A stretch of 32,000 nucleotides of DNA from Synechococcus sp. A15-28 (GTDB taxonomy: Bacteria; Cyanobacteriota; Cyanobacteriia; PCC-6307; Cyanobiaceae), in the NCBI RefSeq assembly GCF_014280175.1, contig NZ_CP047931.1, forward strand, positions 360,001-392,000, given 5' to 3'. The position numbers were made by a program, and so were the translations under genes. The notes under the pieces are model-generated. The model searched no databases and was not told the origin of the DNA. It saw only the letters and a program-made list of their open reading frames with translations. Shown here in pieces: positions 1 through 9,713 of this stretch. Within the stretch, counting starts at the first letter, position 1; every line of letters begins with the position of its first letter.

Positions 1-4
1 TTGA

Positions 5-391
<387 letters not shown>

Positions 392-415
392 GGTCAGCCT
401 CGCCAGAATGCAGTC

Positions 416-2401
416 ATGACGGTTTCTTCCATGGGGTCGCGCCAGGGCTTGCGCGGCCAGCTCAACAAGCTGCGCAACCTGGCCCAGCCTTTTTTCCTGC
501 CCCTCGATCAGGCCACGGGCTGGCAATTCGGTGGGTTGCTGGTGGCGCTGCTGTTCTGCGTCGGCGGGTTGGTGCTTGTGGCACTCACCGGTCTGATCAA
601 CGGGGCCGAGCAGTTGTTGCCGGATCTGACGGCCAAGTATTTCGGGGGGGTCTCCGACACCATCGACACGATCTGGAGCAGTGCCTGGGGGGTGGTGTTC
701 AGCGGCCTGTTCCTGATGGGTGGTGCGGCGTTCCTGGCGATGCGCCAGCAGCTGCGCAACCGCCGCTGGCTGCATTGGCTGATGCTCGGCGTGATCGTGC
801 TGATGCTGCTGACGGTCAACGGCATCAATGCCGGTATCGGTTTCATCGCGCGGGATCTCACCAATGCCCTCGTGGCCAAACAGGAGGATGGTTTTTATCG
901 GATCCTGATCATTTACGCCTGCTGCTTCGTGGTGGCGCTGCCGATCCGGGTGTCTCAGATCTTCTTCACGTTGAAGCTGGGGATCATCTGGCGCGACTGG
1001 TTATCTCGCAGCCTGATCGGGGATTACATGCGCAACCGCGCCTATTACGTTCTCAATCCGAATGATGAACAGGCCACGGATGTCGACAATCCGGACCAAC
1101 GCATCACCGATGACACCCGCTCCTTCACGTCCCAGAGCCTTCAATTCACCCTCGGAGTGTTCGATGCTCTGCTGACCTTTTCCCTCAATATCCTGATCCT
1201 CTGGAGCATCAGTACGACGCTGACGTTGTCACTCTTTGGCTATGCCAGTTTTGCGACGGCAATTCTGGTGATCTCCGGGCGCAGGCTGGTGAGGATCAAT
1301 TTTGATCAGCTGCGCTACGAGGCTGATTTCCGCTACGGCTTGGTTCACATCCGCAATAACGCCGAGTCGATTGCCTTCTATTCCGGGGAAGAGCCGGAGT
1401 CCGCTGAAACCGAGCGTCGTCTCGGTTCCGTTGTTCGCAACTTCAACCTCCTGATCATTTGGCGGGTTATCATCGATGTGATGCGTCGTTCGATCGGATA
1501 TGCCGGAAATTTCTTCCCTTATCTGGTGATGGCCGTCCCTTATTTTGCCGGGGAGATTGATTATGGCGGCTTCATTCAAGCCAACTTCGCCTTCGGAATG
1601 GTGGAAGGATCGTTGTTCTATGTGGTGAATCAGATTGAAGAACTGGCTCAATTCACGGCCGGGATTTCCCGCCTAGAGGGTTTCCAAAGCGAGGTGGAGC
1701 AGGTGAGCAGGGAGGCCCAAGGTGCCGATCCGGTGCAGCTGGGAGCCGAATCAATCGTGGTGCGCCACGCCGACCTCACCCCACCCGGTGCCGACCAGCC
1801 GATCGTGCGGGATCTCAGCCTCAGCGTGGGTGAAACCGACAAATTGCTGGTGGTGGGTCCCTCCGGTTGCGGCAAAACCTCGCTGCTGCGGATGATCAGC
1901 GGTCTCTGGTCCCCCAGCAAGGGGAATGTGGAGCGTCCGCCCACCGGCGAACTGCTGTTCATTCCTCAGAAGCCCTACATGCTGCTGGGGTCGTTACGGG
2001 AACAGCTCTGCTATCCCACCGATGAGGGTCGCTTCAGTGACGACCAACTCCGCCATGTGCTGGATGAGGTCAATCTCGGCACACTCTCGGAGCGCTACCC
2101 CGACCTCGACGTTAAGCAGGACTGGCCCCGCATCCTTTCCCTCGGGGAGCAGCAACGTCTCGCCTTCGGCCGGTTGCTGCTGAATGCTCCACGCTTCGTG
2201 GTGCTGGATGAAGCCACCAGCGCCCTTGACGTGGCGACGGAGGATCACCTCTATGCCCTGCTGCGCCAGCGGGAGCTGGCGGTGATCAGCATCGGCCATC
2301 GGCCCACGCTTAAGCAGTTCCACGACAGTGTCCTCGAACTCAAGGGTGACGGCGGCTGGCGGCTCATGCCGGCGACCAGCTATGACTTCGGGCGTTCCTG
2401 A
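416..2401 (+). CDS. SbmA/BacA-like ABC transporter (fused permease and ATPase)
   Basis: 661 aa; multiple TM segments, Walker A GPSGCGKTS, signature LSLGEQQRLAFGR, Walker B FVVLDEATSALD. The start could be the in-frame ATG at about 431 (MGSRQG). Confidence 0.9.
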   Translation: MTVSSMGSRQGLRGQLNKLRNLAQPFFLPLDQATGWQFGGLLVALLFCVGGLVLVALTGLINGAEQLLPDLTAKYFGGVSDTIDTIWSSAWGVVFSGLFLMGGAAFLAMRQQLRNRRWLHWLMLGVIVLMLLTVNGINAGIGFIARDLTNALVAKQEDGFYRILIIYACCFVVALPIRVSQIFFTLKLGIIWRDWLSRSLIGDYMRNRAYYVLNPNDEQATDVDNPDQRITDDTRSFTSQSLQFTLGVFDALLTFSLNILILWSISTTLTLSLFGYASFATAILVISGRRLVRINFDQLRYEADFRYGLVHIRNNAESIAFYSGEEPESAETERRLGSVVRNFNLLIIWRVIIDVMRRSIGYAGNFFPYLVMAVPYFAGEIDYGGFIQANFAFGMVEGSLFYVVNQIEELAQFTAGISRLEGFQSEVEQVSREAQGADPVQLGAESIVVRHADLTPPGADQPIVRDLSLSVGETDKLLVVGPSGCGKTSLLRMISGLWSPSKGNVERPPTGELLFIPQKPYMLLGSLREQLCYPTDEGRFSDDQLRHVLDEVNLGTLSERYPDLDVKQDWPRILSLGEQQRLAFGRLLLNAPRFVVLDEATSALDVATEDHLYALLRQRELAVISIGHRPTLKQFHDSVLELKGDGGWRLMPATSYDFGRS

Positions 2402-2410
2402 TTCGGCCGG

Positions 2411-2611
2411 ATGACCTCCACCAGCGAGACCCCAGACCCCACGTCCGTTCCTGAGACCTCGGCCACCACAACCGATGTTCCTGCCTTCGGCTGGAGCGGT
2501 TATGCCGAGCGGGTCAACGGCCGCTTTGCCATGGTCGGTTTCGCAGCAGTCCTGGTGATCGAGGCGATCAGCGGTGACACCTTCCTGCACTGGGCTGGGT
2601 TGCTGCCCTGA
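2411..2611 (+). CDS. High light-inducible protein / chlorophyll a-b binding-like single-helix protein
   Basis: 66 aa with ERVNGRFAMVGFAAVLVIEAISGDTFLHW, the Hli family ExxNGRxAMxGF motif. Confidence 0.93.
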   Translation: MTSTSETPDPTSVPETSATTTDVPAFGWSGYAERVNGRFAMVGFAAVLVIEAISGDTFLHWAGLLP

Positions 2612-3091
2612 TCAGGGCAGTCGGATCAAATCCACCTCCCAGCGCCCACCACGGCTCACCTGCACCACCAGCCGTCGCCCATCCCCGTTGAGGCTCACGG
2701 CCCGGGGCACCCCTGGGGGCTCCAGTGGCAGCCGTTGCACGGCCCCCACATTGCGGCGGTAGAGCACCAGCTCGGTGCGCTCGTCTCGCTGCTGCACCAC
2801 CGCTAGTCGCGCGCCATCCGCACTGACGCTGACGCTGATCGGCTGGGCATCAGCGCGATTCAGTCCTGGTAGTGGCACCGGTTGCCGAGCCCCCAGATCA
2901 ATCAGTTCCACCCGTTCACGTCCACCCCGCAGGGTCAGGCTCGCCAGCCAGCGCTGCGCCAGGGCCGGGTCCCTCCGGCTGCCGGCGCTCTGTCGCAGCA
3001 GACCATTGAGATCGGGCAGCGGTTTCGGCCGTGGCCCACTGCAGCCCAGCAGCAGCACAGAGAGCAGCAGCAGCCAGGGAAATGGCGTCAT
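2612..3091 (-). CDS. Lipoprotein, TolB-like beta-propeller fragment family
   Basis: 159 aa, lipobox-like LLLSVLLLGCSG, followed by SVSADGARLAVVQQ and SLNGDGRRLVVQV repeats. Confidence 0.6.
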   Translation of the reverse strand: MTPFPWLLLLSVLLLGCSGPRPKPLPDLNGLLRQSAGSRRDPALAQRWLASLTLRGGRERVELIDLGARQPVPLPGLNRADAQPISVSVSADGARLAVVQQRDERTELVLYRRNVGAVQRLPLEPPGVPRAVSLNGDGRRLVVQVSRGGRWEVDLIRLP

Positions 3092-3531
3092 TGGGTGCCC
3101 TCCAATGGCGCGGTGGTGAGCGCCTGGCCGGCGGCACGATCGGGCTCCAGCAGGTCACTGAGGTCGAGGACTTCCACCCGCCACTGACCCTGGTCGGCCA
3201 CTTGCAGGGCAAGGCGCCGGGCATCCGGCGCCAGGCTCAGACGCACCGGATCCCGTCCGCCGGGAAGGGGCAGTGGATGCAGACGTCCATTGAGACGGTC
3301 CAGAATCACCGCCAGCCGGCGTTGTCCGCGTTGGGTGATCAGGGCCAGATAACGACCGTTCCAGCTCAGGGAGGGTGAGCTGTGGGGCTGATGGCGTCGG
3401 AGTTGTGGCACAGGCTTGTCGCTGCCGTCCACCCCGCGTAGTCGAACCGTCGGTCGGCCCTGGAGCTGCGTGATCACCGCCAACAGGCGCCCGTCGCCGC
3501 TGAGGGCGGGATCCTCCTGGCTGCGGCTCAT
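3088..3531 (-). CDS. TolB-like beta-propeller fragment protein, probably a lipoprotein with a longer N-terminus
   Basis: 147 aa. The in-frame upstream translation (to about 3590) reads LLLLLLAVSLLGCSARVERTGNAW, a plausible lipoprotein signal, so the true start is upstream of 3531 and unresolved. Confidence 0.6.
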   Translation of the reverse strand: MSRSQEDPALSGDGRLLAVITQLQGRPTVRLRGVDGSDKPVPQLRRHQPHSSPSLSWNGRYLALITQRGQRRLAVILDRLNGRLHPLPLPGGRDPVRLSLAPDARRLALQVADQGQWRVEVLDLSDLLEPDRAAGQALTTAPLEGTQ

Positions 3532-3620
3532 CCAGGCGTTGCCAGTTCTCTCAACCCGGGCACTGCAACCCAGCAGGCTGACGGCCAGCAGGAGCAGCAG
3601 TAGCGGCGATTGGACCGACT

Positions 3621-4496
3621 TCAGTCGTCGAAGCGGGAGCTGTTGTCCCGGGGACGCGATGAAGGGCCGCTGTTGCGGGAACTTTTGGGGGCTGGTCGAC
3701 TTGGAGCCGGGCGGCTTCCCGTGGGTCGCTTCGCGCTGAAGGCGGCATCTTCAGCGGCGGGGCGGTTGGGTTGAGCGGCCGTGCTGGTGCGGGGTTCCGG
3801 AGCTGAGTCGACCGCCGTGCGACCGACGGGGCGACTGCCGCGGCGCTGGTCCTGGCGTTGGGTGCGGCGATCACCGAAGTCGGTACGCTTGTCCTGAGAC
3901 TCTTCGCCAGCGCGGAAACGGGCCATGCGGCGGGAGCGCTCATCGTCCTGTCGAGGCCAGCGCTCTTCAGGGCGCTCGTCATTGCGGCTGCGGCGACTTT
4001 CCGCCTGTTCAGGGATGGCGGCGCGGGAGGGGGAGGTGCGGCGCGGGCTGTAGCTCTCCTCCAGGGGTTCGTCGTCGAAGCGGTCGTCCCGTCCGCTGAA
4101 CCGTCTGCGTAAGGGCTGAGGCTCATCGAAGCGGTCGTAGCCCTCATCCCAGCCATCTTTCAAGCCGCCGGGGCCATCTCGGGATGGTGCCGGCTCGTCA
4201 TCGAAGTAGGCAGACCGCCGTGCTTGCTCCGTGGCCACACCCCGCAAACGCACACTTTCGTAGGCGAAAAACACCGTGGTGCCCGCCAGAAGGAATTGAC
4301 CGAACTGGAGAATTGGATCCAGGCGCCAGCCCTGGAAGAAGAGAATGCCTCCGCAGAGCAGACCGATGGCGGCAAAGAAAACGTCGTAATCCCGAGCTAA
4401 AGCGGGCTTGAACGAGCGCATGAAGTAAAGCAGCGCTCCGCCGACGGCCAGCACGATGCCGACGATGCTGGCCCAATTAAGACTGGCGTTAACCAA
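3621..4496 (-). CDS. Ycf66 family protein
   Basis: 291 aa; N-terminal MVNASLNWASIVGIVLAVGGALLYFMRSFKPALARDYDVFFAAIGLLCGGILFFQGWRLDPILQFGQ typical of cyanobacterial Ycf66, with a long charged C-terminus. Confidence 0.85.
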   Translation of the reverse strand: MVNASLNWASIVGIVLAVGGALLYFMRSFKPALARDYDVFFAAIGLLCGGILFFQGWRLDPILQFGQFLLAGTTVFFAYESVRLRGVATEQARRSAYFDDEPAPSRDGPGGLKDGWDEGYDRFDEPQPLRRRFSGRDDRFDDEPLEESYSPRRTSPSRAAIPEQAESRRSRNDERPEERWPRQDDERSRRMARFRAGEESQDKRTDFGDRRTQRQDQRRGSRPVGRTAVDSAPEPRTSTAAQPNRPAAEDAAFSAKRPTGSRPAPSRPAPKSSRNSGPSSRPRDNSSRFDD

Positions 4497-4544
4497 GGAA
4501 GCGCCTCTCGCTAGACCACCAGTCTACGAGCGGCGCCAGAGGGA

Positions 4545-4667
4545 TCAGAGCTTGCGATCGAGGCGGTCGGTTTGGCTGATCAGGATCAGGCCGATGGTGG
4601 CGGGGACCACAACGATCAAACCTCCCCAAACGAGGCTGCTCAGGAAATTGGAGAGGGAGGGGGTCAT
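4545..4667 (-). CDS. psbX: Photosystem II protein PsbX
   Basis: Manual translation of the minus strand gives a 40 aa ORF: [40 protein letters not shown]. This is PsbX-like with one TM helix. It is absent from the supplied ORF track. Confidence 0.9.
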   Translation of the reverse strand: MTPSLSNFLSSLVWGGLIVVVPATIGLILISQTDRLDRKL

Positions 4668-4746
4668 GGCGTCGGTGCCGTCGGAATCAAAGCCGCAGCG
4701 ATCCTAGGGATCGGGACCCGCTTTCTACGATGCCGGTCCCAATGCT

Positions 4747-5076
4747 TTGAGCTTTGTGACGCCATTGCTGCTTCAGGTGCTTCCTGCGATCCACCTGATT
4801 CTGGGGTTGCTGCTGGCGGCACTGACCCTGGCGTTCCTGCTGCGAATCGTGCTCACCTGGTATCCCCAGGTGGATCTCACGGCGGGTGCCTGGCCCCTGA
4901 TCGCCTGGCCCACAGAGCCTGTGCTCGCGCTGACCCGCAAGGTTGTGGCTCCGATCGGGGGCGTGGACGTGACGCCGGTGATCTGGGTCGGGCTGCTCAG
5001 CCTGCTGCGCGAACTTCTCGTCGGCCAGCAGGGATTGCTGTCTCAGGTGTTGATGCGCTCCCAGGCGATCAGTTGA
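4747..5076 (+). CDS. YggT/Ycf19 family integral membrane protein
   Basis: 109 aa, hydrophobic with [11 protein letters not shown]...[27 protein letters not shown]. Confidence 0.88.
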   Translation: MSFVTPLLLQVLPAIHLILGLLLAALTLAFLLRIVLTWYPQVDLTAGAWPLIAWPTEPVLALTRKVVAPIGGVDVTPVIWVGLLSLLRELLVGQQGLLSQVLMRSQAIS

Positions 5077-6415
5077 GCATGTCCTGCTCGACGAACTTGG
5101 TGTGCACGTCGCCGTTGATGAACTCCGGCCGGTCCAGCAGCGCCAGATGGAATTCCACGGTGGTTGGGATCCCAGTAACGGCACATTCATTCAGGGCTCG
5201 TTTCATCCGCGACAACGCCATCTCGCGGTTGCGGCCCCAGACGATCAGCTTGCCGATCAGCGAGTCGTAGAAGGGGGGGATGTCGTAGCCGGTGTACACG
5301 TGGCTGTCGACCCGTACGCCCGGCCCCCCCGGTGGCAGCCAGCCGGTGATGCGCCCTGGAGCTGGCCGGAAATTGTGGGTGGCGTCTTCGGCGTTGATCC
5401 GGCATTCGATCGCATGGCCGGAGAGGTTGATCTCTTCCTGTTGAACGCTGATGGGCTCGCCCCCGGCGATGCGCAGCTGTTCAGCGATCAGGTCGATGCC
5501 CGTCACCATCTCCGTCACGGGATGCTCAACCTGGATGCGGGTGTTCATCTCCATGAAATAAAAGCCCCCGTTGCGATCCAGGAGGAACTCAACGGTGCCG
5601 GCGCCCTCATAGTTGATGCTGCGGGCGGCGGCCACCGCGGCTTCCCCCATGCGCCGGCGCAGATCGGGATCCAGGGCCGGGCTGGGGGCTTCCTCCAGCA
5701 ATTTCTGATGACGCCGTTGAATCGAGCAGTCCCGTTCGCCGAGGTGGACGACATTGCCGTGGCGATCCGCCAGCACCTGCACTTCCACGTGTCGGGGGCG
5801 ATCGATGAACTTCTCCAAGTAGAGCCCGGGATTGCCGAAGGCGGCCTCCGCTTCGCCCTGGGCGGCTTTGAACAGGTTGTTCAGCTGGTCCGGGCTCTGG
5901 ACCAGACGCATGCCGCGACCACCGCCGCCGGCGGTGGCCTTGATCATCACGGGATAGCCCATCTGTTCCGCCAGCACGGTGGCATCCTCAGTGCCGGACA
6001 GCAAACCTTCGCTGCCGGGCACTGTCGGTACGCCGACCGCTTGCATGGTGGCCTTGGCGGTGGATTTGTCCCCCATGGAACGGATCGCGTGGGGGGAGGG
6101 ACCGATGAAGGTCAGGCCGTGGTCGCCGCACATTTCGGCGAATTTGTCGTTTTCAGCCAGAAAGCCGTATCCGGGGTGGATCGCGTCCACACCGCGGGAG
6201 GTGGCGGCGGCGAGAATGTTGGGAACGTTGAGATAGCTCTTGCTGCTCAGGGCGTCACCCACACAGACCGCTTCATCGGCCAGCTGGACATGGAGTGCGT
6301 CCTTATCCACCGTGCTGTAAACGGCGACGGTCGCGATGCCGAGTTCCCGGCAGCTGCGCAGGATCCGTAGGGCAATTTCGCCGCGGTTGGCGATCAGCAC
6401 TTTGCCGATGGGCAT
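5069..6415 (-). CDS. accC: Acetyl-CoA carboxylase biotin carboxylase subunit
   Basis: 448 aa, [53 protein letters not shown]. Confidence 0.97.
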   Translation of the reverse strand: MPIGKVLIANRGEIALRILRSCRELGIATVAVYSTVDKDALHVQLADEAVCVGDALSSKSYLNVPNILAAATSRGVDAIHPGYGFLAENDKFAEMCGDHGLTFIGPSPHAIRSMGDKSTAKATMQAVGVPTVPGSEGLLSGTEDATVLAEQMGYPVMIKATAGGGGRGMRLVQSPDQLNNLFKAAQGEAEAAFGNPGLYLEKFIDRPRHVEVQVLADRHGNVVHLGERDCSIQRRHQKLLEEAPSPALDPDLRRRMGEAAVAAARSINYEGAGTVEFLLDRNGGFYFMEMNTRIQVEHPVTEMVTGIDLIAEQLRIAGGEPISVQQEEINLSGHAIECRINAEDATHNFRPAPGRITGWLPPGGPGVRVDSHVYTGYDIPPFYDSLIGKLIVWGRNREMALSRMKRALNECAVTGIPTTVEFHLALLDRPEFINGDVHTKFVEQDMLN

Positions 6416-6533
6416 CCCGCAGCAGTTCAGGCCTGATGGCGGATCGTATCAGCGACGACCGGGACGTTCTAGGCCCTGACCCCCAGTCGGTATGATCGCT
6501 TCTCGACAAAGCCCGAGCGGCTGAGTCGACCAC

Positions 6534-6615
6534 GCGGATGTGGTGGAATTGGTAGACACGCACGTTTGAGGGGCGTGTGGCTTCGGCCTTGCGAGTTCAA
6601 GTCTCGCCATCCGCA
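6534..6615 (+). tRNA. tRNA-Leu (anticodon GAG)
   Basis: GCGGATG...CATCCGC acceptor stem plus discriminator A; anticodon stem CACGT/GCGTG with loop TTGAGGG; variable arm GTGGCTTCGGCC; T arm GCGAGTTCAAGTCTCGC. Confidence 0.95.
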
Positions 6616-6625
6616 CTCCATTTCC

Positions 6626-7897
6626 TTGGACAGACCTGCGACCGACGATCCCGGGCCTGCCGTTGTTCTTGTCTCCAACGGACCCGGTGAACTGAGCACC
6701 TGGGTTCGTCCGCTGGCGGAACGTCTGCATGCGACCGTTCCGCTGAGACCGAGAACGCCGGGAACGGCTGCAAGCTTGCAGTTGGTGCTGGTGCCCTGTC
6801 CGAACGCCACGGGTCAGGAACGGGCAGCCGCTGGACCCTGGGGCCTGTTTGAGCGCATCACCCCGGCGGGGCGGTTCTGGGACCTGCTCCTGCGCCCTGG
6901 GCGCTATGGCCCCTGGCCTCGGCGTGGGGTCGTGGTGTTCCTCGGGGGGGATCAGTTCTGGACGGTGTTGCTGTCGGCCCGTCTGGGGTACCGGCACATC
7001 ACCTATGCGGAGTGGGTGGCCCGCTGGCCCGGTTGGAATGATCGCGTCGCCGCCATGTCGGAGGCGGTGCTTCAGCAGCTGCCCCGGCGCTATCAGCCCC
7101 GCTGCCGGGTGGTGGGGGATCTGATGGCGGATCTTTCCACTTTTGCCCGCCAGGCCTCTCCGTTGCCCGAGGGGGAATGGATCGGTTTGCTGCCGGGCTC
7201 CAAGCCGGCGAAGTTGAGCATCGGCATGCCGTTTCTGCTGGAGACGGCGGATCGCCTGGCGCAGCTGCGCCCCGGTTGCCGCTTCCTGCTGCCGGTAGCG
7301 CCCACCACCAGCGTCGAGGAGTTGCTGCGTTTCGCCGGACCGGCCAATCCGATTGCCCGCGCCTACAGCAGTGCCGTGGCGGATGTTGGCGATGGCGTGC
7401 TGCGCACCCGGGCCGGGACGCCCATTCACCTGGTGGTGGAGCACCCTGCCCATGGTCTCCTCAGCCAGTGCCAGTTGGCCCTGACCACCGTTGGAGCCAA
7501 CACTGCGGAACTGGGTGCCCTGGGGGTGCCGATGATCGTGATCGTGCCGACCCAGCACCTGGAGGTGATGCAGGCCTGGGATGGTGGCCTGGGTTTGTTG
7601 GCACGGTTGCCAGGACTGCGGCGGATCATCGGCGTGCTGCTCTCCCTGTGGAGGCTGCGCAACAACGGGTTGATGGCCTGGCCCAACATCAGTGCCGGTC
7701 GTGCGGTGGTCCCCGAGCGGGTCGGTGCCATCACACCGCAGCAGATCGCAGCGGAGGCGGCGGAATGGCTGGCAGCACCGACGCGGCTGCAGGGCCAGCG
7801 GGCTGATCTCCAGGCTCTGCGAGGACAACCCGGCGCTGTTTCGGCGCTGGCGGAGGAGGTGCGTCAGTTGCTGCCTCGTCAGCTGGACTCTGCCTAG
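6626..7897 (+). CDS. Lipid-A-disaccharide synthase-related protein
   Basis: The supplied ORF (6566-7897) overlaps the tRNA. The likely start is TTG at 6626 (LDRPATDDPG). Core: VVLVSNGPGELSTWVRPLAERL...GDLMAD...LLPGSKPAKL...TVGANTAELGALGVPMIVIVPTQHLEVM. Confidence 0.75.
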   Translation: MDRPATDDPGPAVVLVSNGPGELSTWVRPLAERLHATVPLRPRTPGTAASLQLVLVPCPNATGQERAAAGPWGLFERITPAGRFWDLLLRPGRYGPWPRRGVVVFLGGDQFWTVLLSARLGYRHITYAEWVARWPGWNDRVAAMSEAVLQQLPRRYQPRCRVVGDLMADLSTFARQASPLPEGEWIGLLPGSKPAKLSIGMPFLLETADRLAQLRPGCRFLLPVAPTTSVEELLRFAGPANPIARAYSSAVADVGDGVLRTRAGTPIHLVVEHPAHGLLSQCQLALTTVGANTAELGALGVPMIVIVPTQHLEVMQAWDGGLGLLARLPGLRRIIGVLLSLWRLRNNGLMAWPNISAGRAVVPERVGAITPQQIAAEAAEWLAAPTRLQGQRADLQALRGQPGAVSALAEEVRQLLPRQLDSA

Positions 7898-7927
7898 GGT
7901 TCTGCTGCTTTTCGACTGAGATGTCCG

Positions 7928-8323
7928 ATGTCCGAGCGGATCGAGCGCTCCCCTGAGGAGTGGAAGCAGACACTCTCGCCGGAGCAGTTTCAGGTGGCCC
8001 GCTGCGGTGGCACCGAACGGGCCTTTACGGGGGCGTACTGGAACAAGAAGGACAGCGGGACGTATCACTGCATCTGTTGCGATGCACCGCTGTTCAGCTC
8101 GACCACCAAGTTTGAGTCGGGCACCGGCTGGCCCAGCTTCTGGGATGGGATCTCGTCAGAGGCCATCACCACCAAGCAGGACCTGAGCCACGGCATGGTG
8201 CGCGTGGAGATCAACTGTGCCCGCTGCGATGCGCATCTTGGCCATGTGTTTCCCGATGGCCCCGCCCCCACCGGTCAGCGCTACTGCGTCAACAGTGCCT
8301 CGCTAAACTTCAAGGCCGGTTGA
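7928..8323 (+). CDS. msrB: Peptide-methionine (R)-S-oxide reductase
   Basis: 131 aa; C..C zinc motifs ([19 protein letters not shown]), [19 protein letters not shown]. Confidence 0.96.
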   Translation: MSERIERSPEEWKQTLSPEQFQVARCGGTERAFTGAYWNKKDSGTYHCICCDAPLFSSTTKFESGTGWPSFWDGISSEAITTKQDLSHGMVRVEINCARCDAHLGHVFPDGPAPTGQRYCVNSASLNFKAG

Positions 8324-8326
8324 TCC

Positions 8327-8596
8327 TCAGGGCTGCCAGTGCAGCTGGCCGGTGCCGCCGTTGCAGTAATTGGTGGCCTTGTTGCGCTCACTGACGCTGA
8401 CGTCATCACGGATCTGGCCATCGCTGAGTCGATGGCCATGCAGCACCTGGCGGTAGCGCTGGTCAACGCAGCGTTCAAGAGCATCGGGCTGAGACACGTT
8501 GTAGGCCACGAGACTGAGCAGAATCAGGACTCCAGCGCGATACAGCGAGGACCAGACAGGTCGATCATCCTGGGTTGGAGCAGGAACCGCCCGTAA
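8327..8596 (-). CDS. Conserved hypothetical small membrane-anchored protein
   Basis: Only the C-terminal part of the 203 aa ORF looks like protein (PTQDDRPVWSSLYRAGVLILLSLVAYNVSQPDALERCVDQRYRQVLHGHRLSDGQIRDDVSV). The upstream part overlaps the next gene. The start is uncertain. Confidence 0.4.
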   Translation of the reverse strand, partial: LRAVPAPTQDDRPVWSSLYRAGVLILLSLVAYNVSQPDALERCVDQRYRQVLHGHRLSDGQIRDDVSVSERNKATNYCNGGTGQLHWQP

Positions 8597-8669
8597 ATGC
8601 CGCACAGGTCGTCGGACTGGCGGAGACGTCACGCGGGAATCGAGTGATGACCCGTGAATTACACCGCCC

Positions 8670-9677
8670 TCACCAGGGGTCGTCGAGGTCGTCTTCAGCG
8701 GCTGCCGGTCGGCTGTTGCGTGGCGGTTGTTCGCGCTCCATCGGTTCCACGTCCATGGGTTCGACATCCATCGGTTCAACATCCATCGGTTCAACATCCA
8801 TGGGTTCCCGTTGGGGTGGCATGGCCCGGCGCGACACCGGCATCGAGCGGCGTGGCAGGGGATACGGATCCTCCGGTTCCTCATCGAGATACCGGCGCTG
8901 AGGGATCGCGTCGCGGCGTCGCTCCTCGAGCTCGACATATTCCATGTCCTCCTCCGGCTCGAAGCGGGCGCTGTCGGCGGCGGTCAGCCGCCGTTGTTCC
9001 TCTTCCATGGGTTGGCCGGAGCTCAACTGGTTCTCCACCGGCACAAGATTGACGCGGTAGCGCTCCCGCTCCTGCTCCTCCCAGCTCGGTCCGCCGACCC
9101 CCAGCTTCTCCAGCACGCCGCTGTTGAGCTGCTTGAGCTTGTCTTCAGCGCCCTCGTAAACAATGATTCGATCCGGGCCGCTGCTGACGATCTCCTCCAC
9201 CGGCATCTCCCAGGTGCTGAGCACGCCCTCCCCCAGCAGGGGGACGCCAAGGGCACCCATCACCAGGGTGGTGAGTTCACCGGTTTCGATGTCGAAGGCA
9301 AAACCGAGCACCCGACCGAGCTGCCGGCCGGATTCGGTGATCACCTGGCAGTTGATCACCCGGCTGTAGCGCTCAGGGTTGAAGCCGTCGCTGAGGGAAT
9401 CGGCCGAATCCACCAGGATCACATCACCCACCTGGCGGATCCGGTCCAGCGGCATCCAGCGGGGCAGGCCCGGCAGGAAGCGGGTCAAGGGGTTGTCGCG
9501 CAGTCCGACGGCCACCACTTCGCGGCGGTCGATATCAACGATCACCTCGCCGACGACCCCCAGTCGCCGGCCCGTGTCGCGGGTGATCACCTGGGTTCCC
9601 ATCAGCTCCGAGCGCAACCAGATGCGGTCGCTAGGCACCCCGGTCTGGGCGTCGTTCGCGGGAGGGGTCAGACTCAT
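8670..9677 (-). CDS. PRC-barrel domain protein
   Basis: 335 aa with two related segments (GTQVITRDTGRRLGVVGEVIVDIDRREVVAVGL; CQVITESGRQLGRVLGFAFDIETGELTTLVM) and a low-complexity C-terminus. Confidence 0.85.
   Translation of the reverse strand: MSLTPPANDAQTGVPSDRIWLRSELMGTQVITRDTGRRLGVVGEVIVDIDRREVVAVGLRDNPLTRFLPGLPRWMPLDRIRQVGDVILVDSADSLSDGFNPERYSRVINCQVITESGRQLGRVLGFAFDIETGELTTLVMGALGVPLLGEGVLSTWEMPVEEIVSSGPDRIIVYEGAEDKLKQLNSGVLEKLGVGGPSWEEQERERYRVNLVPVENQLSSGQPMEEEQRRLTAADSARFEPEEDMEYVELEERRRDAIPQRRYLDEEPEDPYPLPRRSMPVSRRAMPPQREPMDVEPMDVEPMDVEPMDVEPMEREQPPRNSRPAAAEDDLDDPW
8738..8809 (-). repeat. 15-bp in-frame tandem repeat encoding (EPMDV)n
   Basis: CCATCGGTTCAACAT-type unit repeated about 4-5 times; it translates as EPMDVEPMDVEPMDVEPMDVEPMER. 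Confidence 0.9.
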
Positions 9678-9713
9678 CGCGCCATTGTGACGTAGGGCTT
9701 CTGCTCTGCCAGT

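Noticed and set aside
5102-6370. 422 aa plus-strand ORF opposite accC
   Set aside because: Antisense shadow of a highly conserved gene; no recognisable domains.
6534-6615. tRNA-Leu as a possible island integration site
   Set aside because: Flanking genes are ordinary core genes and no downstream repeat of its 3' end or nearby integrase was seen.
8727-9695. 322 aa plus-strand ORF opposite the PRC-barrel gene
   Set aside because: His/Arg-rich shadow ORF; the minus-strand product has recognisable domain structure.
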